Assembly (NCBI RefSeq): GCF_004010195.1
Contig: NC_057751.1
Location: 14,545,081-14,585,110, forward strand
Origin: Chiloscyllium plagiosum
Taxonomy: Eukaryota
Length of the DNA: 40,030 bases
Direction: 5' to 3'
Shown: positions 1 to 36,000 of the stretch, in pieces
Layout of the letters: each line of letters opens with the position of its first letter
Numbering within the stretch: the stretch's first letter is position 1
Program-made: the position numbers and the translations under genes
Notes under the pieces: model-generated
Seen by the model: the letters and a program-made list of their open reading frames with translations, nothing else
What the model was told of the DNA's origin: nothing
Databases searched by the model: none

Positions 1-571
1 TACCTTTCTGCTGCAGAAACCTCTCCCCCACACTGAGACCTGAGGCCTTCCCTCGCCTTGACCTTCCACCCCACTCCCTGACCGAATGACCCGAACCTGA
101 GACCCCAACCCACTTCCAAAGACCGAATCCCCATCCTGTCACCTCACTCCCGCAATAGACATCTCAATCCTCGGAGCCAAGACCTTGACCCCCTCCTCTC
201 CCCACCTGGTGCACTCTGGTGACCTGCAAACACCAACACCCCCCCCCCCCCAACATACACCCAGTACCAAAAACCTAACTGACCCCTCCTCAAAATCCCC
301 ATCCTGAACCTTGCAAACCACACACACACCCGACTCCTCCTACAGCCTGCCCTACTGAACCTACCTCCCTCTTCACTCCTCCTACACACACACACACTGT
401 CAGACTGTGGCCCTCCCTTCCCATGTCCCCGGGCTCCTTCCTCCTCTTGGCTCTCGACTCAGGGGGTGGCTGCAGGAGAAAGCCGGATCCTGGAGTCCGG
501 GCCAGGGACTAGGAGAAACAGGGAGAGAGAGAGAGAGAGACCGGGAGACGGGCTTCCCCCGCCGGAGAGCC

Positions 572-25237
<24,666 letters not shown>

Positions 25238-26138
25238 GACTGACTGCGTAGCTCTTTCTGAAGAGACCAGTGAAGTGGAACTGGAATGTTTCCAGCAAAC
25301 ACATTGACAACCCATCTCTCTTCGAGTTCCCCTTTTTAAGTTCAGCTGAGTTTGATCACCTGCTAGTGAATTTACAACACGTTTCTTCTCATCCTCTTCA
25401 GAATCTGACCTTAAATTTGAACTATGGAATTACCTGTTCCTCCTGTCAGCAGGACACAATTCAGAGATGGAGTCTTGTCAACAGGATAAGTCACCCTTGG
25501 AACCGGAGTGTTATGTCTGACTCGCACTTCACTTCTCATTCTTGTCACCTTCAGCCATGCACCATTTCTGCTTTACACTTGACCATGACTCAGGGCATGT
25601 CAGGTACAAGGTTTTGTTGTTGCTTCCAAATATTTAATGGGGTGAAAGACTTTGACTTTTCTAAAGTTAACATAGCTGTACACTTTTCAGTTGTATGTAT
25701 GGCTGATGACGAGCGAATGACATGAATACACCTGGGGTTTTGTTGTCTTGTTGTTTGTAGATAGATTCGAACCAGGAGGTAAAAGTGGACATATTTTAAA
25801 ATGAGATGCTTGTTTTATCGAGAATGATTCCTTTGTCAGAGGAAAGATATGGGGATTGGTGTAAGCTTGTCCAGTCTGTCCGGGAAAAGGACGATGAAAA
25901 TGTTATTTTGACATTAAAATATAAAAGATTTAATGTTATGCTCCTGAATTAAATATTTCGGAGATGGTGCTGCTTGATGGTACCAAATAGATGGAGTGAC
26001 CTAGTCAAATTTTGAAACATCACTAAAACAGATTTTCTGGCTATTGAATTCAGTGACTGGCAGTCCCACTGGAAATTTAATATCTACTGGCACCAGATTG
26101 CACAATGCACATAACTCTAATCAGTCCAATTTACAATT

Positions 26139-26234
26139 AACAAATTAAAACTGTAGAGGGGGACAAAAAAAACTACAATGAGAGTGACATTCTGAAAACA
26201 CCTTCTGCACAGCAACAACATACTAATTTACCAG
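26139..26234 (-). repeat. Diverged duplicate of the BRF2 intron 3 / exon 4 junction (27085-27201)
   Basis: AACAAATTAAAACTG.AGAG.GGGACAAAAA...ACTACAA..AGAGTGACATTC.GAA...ACAGCAA.AACATACT shared between the two sites. Confidence 0.9.
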
Positions 26235-26360
26235 CGAGCAGGAGTGTGGTAGCTTTCGGTCTTCATTCATCTCAGACACTCTGGACATAGCACAAAGAGG
26301 CTCTGCTTCTCTGCAACAAGCACTGCCAGCATCATTGAGTGAGTGATTAGGGAGTGCCAT

Positions 26361-27096
26361 CTACAGGATGGCACGTGCTGACTTGAAGGCTGCCACCTCC
26401 TCGGGCGTCCTCAAGTACTGCTCAATTTCACTGTCAGATATCTCCTCCTCTCCAGTGGTTGGCTCAGTGTGGAGGGTGGTCTCTGCTTCTGGGCATGCCT
26501 TCTTCCATTTCCTTTGTTTGAGGCATGGCGGGAGGAAGATTGGCATTGTGCGCTTCCGCCTTGACACATCTCCTAGGTGCTCCACAAGGGAGGGTACCAT
26601 CTCCCCACTACTGTTCCCAGCCTCAGCCTCCCCACTAGTTTCTGTTCCTTCACTTGGGTCTGTCTGCCTATCTGTGTTTTCTGTACTCGCGAGACTTAGC
26701 GTTTGCCTGAGTAACAGGGTACGGTGGCGGAGAATATCATCGGTGTATTTCACCACAGTCTTGGCATCAAGCTGCTGTGGGACCAGCCAGGCCAGTTGTG
26801 ATGCCAGTGTGACTAGAATGTCAAGCATTTCCTTCACCCGCTGAGAGGCAGGTGGGGGCTGCCTGACTCCGGCCAACTTGCAGAACTTTCCGAGGCTGCA
26901 CTTCAGACGGTGTCCAGGTAGCAGTGACTGCCAGGCCAGGTAAGCAGCTGCCGTGATAATAGGCACTGGGTGTCTCCCAGTCACTAGCCACGTCTCACTG
27001 GCCAACTCCACAAGCTGCATGGCACGTTCCACCACCTTGTCTTTATTCTCCAGAAACTGAGATGGGATTGATGCAGAATTCTGGAACAAATTAAAA
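26361..27096 (-). CDS. BRF2: BRF2 coding exon 4 (C-terminal cyclin fold, pin, TBP anchor)
   Basis: ctctctgcAG acceptor; FNLFQNSAS...[11 protein letters not shown] at 26363-26361. Confidence 0.95.
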
Positions 27097-30000
27097 CTGC
27101 AGAGAGGGACAAAAACAAAAAAACTACAACTAGAGTGACATTCAGAAGAAAAATAGACTGGATACACGTTACGTACAGCAATAACATACTCTGTTTTCCA
27201 GATTTCGTTACAGCTGAATTTCAGAGGGGAGAATGACTGTCCCCAACATCAAGGCTGTGTGGACATCAAGAAGCCCTAACAAAACTCACCAGAACATTAT
27301 CATAAGGAGCTGGTTGGAGTTTGAGCTTGCACAAAACAAGATTAGCTCTGGCGAATTGCAGGCCCACCATTTCAGGCCCAGCAATCACAGGGTAGTGTCA
27401 AAAAGTCAACCATCTTAAAATGTTTCATCCACAATTTTGATTCCATCATAAGGTTAGGAGTGGAATGTTCATGGTTGATTACTTAGCAACATTCAAAACT
27501 CCTCAGATATTGAAACAGTCCATCTCCAGATGCAGCAAGCCCTGGACAACATCCAGGTTCAGGCTAATATGTGGCAGGTAATATTAGCACTGATGGGTAA
27601 TGATCATGTCAAACAAGTGAAAATCGAACCAGCACCCATTGGCATTCAATTACATCACCATCACCAAATCCCATACTGGTCAACTGAATACCCAGGATGT
27701 TGATAGACACATTGGACTTGCTTAATAAATACTGGGGCTGCAGAGGTTAGGCATTCTGCAGTGAGAATCCCAAGTGAGATGGAAAAGTCTCCACTTGGTC
27801 GGGTTGGGGGAAGCTCCAACAATATTCAATAAACTTAACAGGATCAACAAGGAAACAGCCCACTTGATGGGTACCACATCCACAAACATTCACCCACTCT
27901 AGCACCGACACTCAGGAGCAGCAGTGTATACCATCCACAAGATGCACTAAAGAAATTCAGCAAAGATCCTGACAGTGCCTTTCAAACTACCAACCACTTC
28001 CATGTAGAAGGACAAAAGCAACAGATACACAAAACACCACCACCTGCAAGTTCCCTTCCAAGCCACTCACCATCCTGACTTGGAAATATATTGCCGCTTT
28101 TTCATTGTAGCTTGGTCAAAATCCTTGATTTCCCTCTCTTACGGCATTGTGGTTCAAGAAGGCAACTCACCACCACTTCTCAAGGTCAACAAGGGATGAG
28201 ACGAGGACTTTGATGAAAGTACTATACATGGTTAATGATAATACATTGACGTGGGCTGTGAACTGACTTGCCAGAAATGGCAAGACAGATCTCAACTGGT
28301 AGGGAGACTGGTCACCAGGATCAGCACTGGAACGATTGCTCTCTCCAGTTTTTATTAACAAAGTGTAAATTTGCTGACAAACAAAAATCTTTGTGTATTC
28401 ATTGATGGGAGGAGACCTTCACTGGCTAGTTCAGCATTTATTACCCAGAGGGAGGATAAGAATCAACCACATTGCTCTGAGTTTTGAAGTCACTTTTGAG
28501 TTTTGTAGGATGGCAGTTTCCTACCCTGAAGGACATTCGTGTACCAAGTGGGGTGTTTTTCTGATATTGATAACAGATTTATGGTTATCATACTCTTAAT
28601 TCCAGATCTTCATTGAATTTACAATTCACCATCTCCCATGGCGGGATTTGGACCTGGGTCGCCCGACCATTACCCAGCCATTTGGCAATGTGTATTTGAA
28701 ATGTATAGAGTTATGCTTGATATACATCACACACATCATTCAAGAGAACAGCTTAAAAGACAATGTATGAAGAAAGGAAATCTGGGTTCACATTGTGGAC
28801 ATTTCTAAAGGTATATATAAATAATAGCTAGAGAACCTGGGTTTTAGGTGCATTCATCAGGTCTCAAAGACAAAAGTATTTTACCCATTGGCAAGACCTC
28901 TAAGATCTTGTCTGGAATCCTGCAAATACCCATTGTTGTTTTGGTCTCCTCACATTCTAAGTCATTTGGAGACTTTGGAGGTCAATTCACCTATTTCCCA
29001 GTTTAAAGCATCCTAGTTATTAAGAGTTGATTGTCGACAAGCAACACTTCACACAAGTTAGAGACGAAGGGATAATTAAATCCAAATTTATAAAGATCTC
29101 TCCGGTGATTTTTATTTATTTCATTAATTTTGAATTGAGAAATGGAAATGACTTTGAAACAGCTTCGGGTTAAAGGAACAAACAAGTTTGTTTCTTTATA
29201 AGCTTTGAACTGACGCATCGATCCCAGGGAAGAGTTTTGTGTTTGAAAAGAAAGAGGTTGGCTATTAAGCGAGGTCAGTACCTGAGAATGGGTTCTGGCA
29301 AGTCTGGAGGAGATCCTGTGTACCAACAGCTGGCAGTTGTTCAGTAGTAATTGAGGCCTCAGGAAGTGTCGTTCAGTCTTTTAAGATGGAGCTAGAAATC
29401 AAGTTTTTTTTAAACCATGTTTTCTGAAACAGCATGAAGGTTTTACATGCTCCCTGTCTAACCTACTGCACCAGCTTCAGGAAGACCAAAGAATGGAGAG
29501 TTGAGTAAGAAGTATCGCTTCCTGTGCCTCGCTGAACTGATAAAGTGACCCTGATCAACATTTCAGAAAAATCAACTATCGAGTGCACATTTATGCCTGT
29601 GAAACAATGCCATTTAAATGATCTGATCAGTTTTGTTTGTTTTATAATGTATCCCTTCACTGTTCATTTGTCTGTCTTCACTGTAAATGGGATTAAAAAA
29701 AAGTTTGCACTTTAAGGCACAGACATTAAACAACATTGTAAGCTGATGAATGTTCTCTCTGCTGAAGTTATTGTGTACTTAATGAATAATTAAGCCTTTT
29801 GTTTATAGTACAAAACGAGGATCTGGAAATTAACTTTTTTTCAGTCAATGTTGCCGGCTGACCAACATTTTATTGCCCATCCCTAATTGCCCTTGAGAAG
29901 GTGGTGATGAGCTGCCTTCTTGAATTCAAGGACCTTGATCCACTGACATTGAAGGAATGGCGATATATTTCCAAGACAGGATGGTGAGTGGCTTCGAGGA

Positions 30001-33000
30001 GAACTTACAGGTTATGGTGTTCCCACGGAGTGAGTGAATAGTTGTGGCTGTTGTGCCAACCATGCAGGCTGCCTCCTTGTTGATGCTGTTGAGTTTGTTG
30101 AGTGTTTTGGAGTTGCTCCCAACGGGCAAGCGGGGAGATTTCCATCACATCACACTTCGTGCAGTTCTGGTCACCCTGTTACAGGAAGGATATTATTAAA
30201 CTGGAGAGGGCTCAGAAAAGATTTACCAGGGTGTGTTGCCAGGATTGGAGGGCTTGACTTATAAAAGTAGGCTGCATAGGCTGGAAATTTCTTCACTGCA
30301 GCATTGGAGATTGAAGGGGAGATCTTACAGAGGTTTACATCATCATCAAGGACATTGGTAAGGTGAATAGCAAAGGTCTTGTCCCTAGGATGGGGGAACT
30401 CAAAACTAGGGAGCATATTTTTAAGGTGAAAGGGCAAAGATTTAAAAAGGATGTGATGGGCAACCATTTTTCACCGAGAGTGGTTAGCGTGTGAGATGAA
30501 CAACCAGAGGAAGTGATTGATGCAAATTCAGCTAAAACGTTTAACATACAGTTGGCTAAGTATCTGAATAGTAAAGGTTTAGAGGGATATAGAGTCATAG
30601 AGATGAACAGCACAGAAAGAGATGCTTTCATCCAACTTGTCCATGTTGACCAGATATGCGAAAGTAACCTCATCGCATTTCCCTCTAAAGCCTTCCTATT
30701 CATATACCCATTCAGATGTCTCTTAAATGTCGTAATTGTACCAACCTCCACCAGTTCATCTGGCAGCTCATTCCATACACTCACCAGTCTCTGCATGAAA
30801 AGGTTGCCCCTTAGATCCCTTTAAATTTTTCCCCTCTCACCATAAACCGATGCCCTCTAGTTTAGAACTCGCCTGCCCCAGGGAATAGAATAGATAGGGT
30901 GTCTATTCACCCTATCCATGCCCCACATGATTTCATAAGCCTCTATAAGGCCATCACCAAGCCTCCAACGCTCCAGTGAAAATAGCCCCAGCCTACTCAG
31001 CCTTTCCCCATCGTTCAAACCCTCCAACTCTGGCAACATCCTTGTCAATTTTTTTTAAACCTTTCAAGTTTCACAACAATCTGTCAGATATGGACCAAAC
31101 GCAGGCAAGTGGGGCAAGTTTAGTTTGGGAATATGATTGGCATGGACTAATTGGTCCAAAGGGTCTGTTTCCATGCTGTATGGCTCTGTTCACGAAGTTT
31201 GGAATTGGTTACTTATAGCTCTGAACCACTGGACTGACATTTTGGGGCGTTTGACGATTTAATGTCCCTGTGTTGTGAAAAAAAGTTGAAAGTCTGATTT
31301 GGTTTGGCGATCTATCTCCATGTGATAACACAGGTGACAAAATAACTGCAGGTGCGGGAATCCAAAACAGACCGGCAGAGGCTGGAAGAACATAGCAAGC
31401 CAGGCAGCATCAGGAGGTGGAGAGGTTCATGTTTCGGGTGTAACCCAAAGGGTTACGTTTGAAACATCAACTTCTCCACCTCCCATTGTTGCCTGGCTTG
31501 CTATGTTCTTCCAGTCTCTGCCGGTCTGTTTTGTAACAAAGGTGCCAGCATGGTTTTACCTGTGGTGGGGGAAATTGAACTTTCGTGAGACACAGCATGT
31601 CATTTATGGTGGTCAGGTTGTTTGAAATAGAGGGTCTTTGTTTGTTATTGTACCTCCAGTGCCCCTCAATCAGAACATGTGAGCTAAGCAACACCTCAGG
31701 GAGCGATGGTGGGGTAGTAGAAACCACTAGCTGTGATCAATGGCACCTGGGTGCCCATAAATCGCATTAGCCTCAAAACTGACGAAACTCCATCACAGGC
31801 TCAGAGAATGCAGTGTACACATTCAGTCAGGGATGTGGGTGGAAACAGGCACGGTGCAGACTCTGAGGATAAACCTGGGCTGTAGCGAGGGCAGGGGGAT
31901 CAGAACGTTAGCAGGGAAGGAGGAGGAAGAAAAGAGGAGGTCACTTGTTCATGAACTCAGGATTAAACTGATCACTTGAAACCATTTTATGTTTGGATAT
32001 TGCATCCTGAGTTTGCTGATGGGATTTCTTTCGAATGAGGCTTAACTCATTGCAAACGACACCGTTGCATAGGGCAGCTTGAACCCAAGTGTTCTGCATA
32101 TTTGTGACCCCCACCCACATGAGGATAAAGTACACCCAAAAAACAGGAAAAATGACCCACAAACCAGTGAAATCAGATATCCAGTTAGAGTGGGTGGGAA
32201 AGACAACAACATCTGTGGCCTACAGAGGCAGAATGCCAAACTTACGCATCCATTGTACCTGACTGCCTGTTTCTTACAATCCTTACTTACAGCAAAGCAG
32301 CTTTAATGAGTCTCATTTGCAGCAGTGAAGTTACTTAAACACAGTGGATGCTAGGTGCAAGTTAGAGGATAAAAGGTGGATATATTCACCCATCACAGTG
32401 AGTTTTCACAAGATCCAGAAGGCTGAGAGTTGGAATATCCAATCTTAACTCTTTCAGCAGGTGCTGGTAGACAGTTGAGAACAGGGTGGGCTCCACGTGA
32501 AGCAGTGAGCAGATGGTACTCAGGGTCAGAGGCCAATTGTGCTGGCGACAGGAGATGTGAACACAGCAGCCCACCAAGGCTTCTTTCTTCTCCAGAGTGA
32601 CATGCAGGAAGCTTTGATGTTCATACGCTTTCAGGTAAAGCTCGCTGGCTGTGTCTTCGACAACTGGACGTACTCGCAAAATCCGACACAGGTCGTGTAC
32701 CCTCTTCTGACCTGTAGGAAGAATGAGAGAAGAGAGAGAGGTGCAGATTTGGAGAACGACCAGGTTAGAGCAGTAGCACCAGGAAACACAAGTAGTAATA
32801 ATATAACTGGCAACACTTGTACTCAGAAACAATGAGGGACTGGCGCACAATTTAAAGTCTGGGCCAGTTCGGCACTGAAGCAGCTACACTGTTGAAAGTG
32901 ACTATTTCTGCCTGGTACCCTCGTAGATGGGCTGAAAAAATCCCACAACATTGTTTGGAACAGCTCAGAAGTTCTCCAATGTGAGTGAACCCTCGAAATC

Positions 33001-36000
33001 AACAGCAATGAAAACTGGTCAGTTTTGTATTTGAGAGAGATTGCTGTTCACAACTGTTCCTAAATTACAGTAAGACCTTCACTTAAAAAAGACAAGATCA
33101 CATGTGTAAAATTAAGGAGGTCTCCAATTTCCTTTGTTTTGATTAATTCCAAATATTTGTCAGGGGTGTGTAGGTCATCTCCCATTCCCTCTTTCACACA
33201 CACAAAATCCCTACCTACCTTCCTCCTCCAAGTGAACAGTTGAGATAGTGCTGCCAATGAACACTTCAGATCTCAGCCATCAGTTCATCTCCCCTCAGGG
33301 ACCAAACACTGACACTGAATCAACATGATTTCATGTCTCGCCTCAATGTATGGTGCATGTTGTTTTCAGACAGATAACATTCTTCCCCCCCCTCACCCCC
33401 GAGTGTCCTAACCTCAAACCATGGCTTTAGAACATAGCAAAATACAGCACAGAACAGGCCCTTCGGCCCACAATGTTGTGCCGAAGATTAATCTTAATGT
33501 AAAATAAAATAACCGAATCGACGCATCCCTCAACTCACTGCTGTCCATGTGCATGTCCAGCAGTCGCTTAAATGTCCCCAATGACTTTGCTTCCACCACC
33601 ATCGCTGGCAACGCATTCCATGCATTCACAACTCTCTGCATGAAGAACCTATCTCTGACGTCTCCTCTATACCTTTCCCCTAATATCTTAAAACGATGAC
33701 CCCTCGTGCCAATCAATCCTGCCCTGGGGCTAAGTCTCTGACTATTGACTCTCTCCATGCCTCTCATTACCTTGTATACCTCGATCAGGTCACCTCTCTT
33801 CCTCCTTCTCTCCAGTGAGAAAAGTCCAAGCTTAGTCAACCTCGCTTCATAAGACAAGCCCTCCAGCATCCTAGTAAACCTTCTATGCACCCTCTCCCAA
33901 AGCCTCTGCATCTTTCCTATAGTAGGGCAACCAAACCTGGACACAACATTCCAAGTGTGGTCTCACCAGAGTCTTCGAGGAGAAAGTGAGGTCTGCAGAT
34001 GCTGGAGATCAAAGCTGAAACTTTATTGCTGGAACAGCACAGCAGGTCAGGCAGCATCTAGGGAACAGAAGAAGGGCATGTGCCCGAAACGTCGAATCTT
34101 CTGTTCCCTAGATGCTGCCTGACCTGCTGTGCTGTTCCAGCAATAAAGTTTCAGCTCACCAGAGTCTTGTAAAGCTGTAGCAAAACCTCACAGCTCTAAA
34201 ACTCGATCCCCCTGTCAATGAAAGCCAAAACAGCATATGCTTTCTTAACAACCCTATCCACTTGGGTGGCAACTTTGAGGGATCTACGTACATGAACACC
34301 AAGATCCCTCTGTTCCTCCACACTGCCAAGAATCCTATCTTTAATCCTGTATTCAGCATTCAAGTTCGACCTTCCAAAATGCATCACTTTGCATTTCTTG
34401 CTTTGAAACAATGTTAGTGACCAAAGCATAAGAACGGTTCCCAAAAGACATCAGTTTGAGACAAAGGATGATCAATCCAAAATGTTAATTTCTGGTGTGG
34501 GCTTCTGACCTCTACTTTCACTGTTCATATCTTACCTTGTATCAGGTTGCGGCAAGGCTTTTTCACCTCTGCAGTGCTCTCACTATATCTCACTGCTGTG
34601 GAAAAAGATTGAAACAAATAATGTTCAACAGTGCCATTTAACATTGAGACATGTATATACCTTCCCCCAGCACAGATCTTCTTCCTCGATGTGCACGTTC
34701 TCACTGGTACCCAATGTGCATGTCATTTCTCCTCCCCAAAATGTAAAGATATTAATGATACTTTAGGTGGAAGAGAAGATGGATTTTGGAGCTTAGTTTC
34801 CCAAAATGTTAAAAGTGATGCCTCAACTTCAGAAGACTATTTAAAAGCTTAATACATGTTCTGGTAAGAGGAATAACATATGACAATTAAGGTATTATTA
34901 AAGTTTTGCAGAAAATTTCCCTCAGACTGCACGATGTGCAGTTCACTTAGGACACTGTCTTGTGTGATGAAATTATGTTAGGACCAGCGATAGCAAGCCA
35001 AATTAAAATCAGCCTTAATTATCACTGGATTTACAACAAAGTGAAATTAAATTATTTAATGACCCTCAAAATTGCCCAATTGTTCCCAAGCAGACTATAT
35101 AGGTAACACATCTTGGACACCAAGTTTATAACTTAAACAAAAATAAACAATTTATGATTAATACCATAACTTGGGCAGGACAAAACTAAGCAAGGTAATC
35201 TCATCAGTATTTGACTGAATAACAATCTCCTTTGATCATAATCACCACTCTAACACACAGAGACATACAGTTCTGAAATAAACCACAAACAAAAAAGGAA
35301 TTATAATTTGAATGATTTAAAAGGGATCCAAGGGCAATTTTTTTTCATGCAACGGGTGCTGCATGTATAGAATAAGCTGCCAGAGGAGATGGTGGAGGCT
35401 GTTACAAATACAACATTTAAAAGGTATCTGGATGGGTACATGAACAGGAAGTGTTTAGAAAGATATGGGTCAAATGCTGGAAAATGGGACAGGATTAATT
35501 AAGGATATCTGGATGGCATAGGGCGAGTTGGACCGAAGTGTCTATTTCCATGCTATATATTTCTGACTCCACGAAAGCAGAAAATGCTGCAGACGTCTGG
35601 CAACATCTTCAGATGAAAAAGAGTCATATCAGTGTCAAAACATTAATTCTGTTTCTTTTTTCACAAATGCAGCCACGCCTGCTGAGTTTCTCCGATGTTT
35701 TCTATTTTTCATTTAGATTTCCAGGATATGGGTTTTATTTATGAATGAAGAGTTTTGACTTTTCTTTCATCATTACTGTCAAGATTGGAGAGTTAGAGTT
35801 AAAAAAGAGCACACAGAAATTGAGATACAATGCTTGCAGTGATTCAGAGGCTGCAGCAAGAGAATGCAGGTTAGAAAAAGAAAAATGTTTACCACAAGAA
35901 GCAGGGAGGGGCATTTAAAAATTGCATAGGCAGGCTATTGAATAAGTGTTACGAGCTAGTCTACATTATGGGGACAATTCAAGTTTCTCAACCATCGTGG

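Noticed and set aside
25270..25725. 151-aa ORF after the FHIP2B stop
   Set aside because: Non-ATG start in the 3'UTR, with no recognisable homology.
26368..26844. 158-aa plus-strand ORF (and 32539-32835, 37023-37568)
   Set aside because: Antisense shadows of BRF2 exons.
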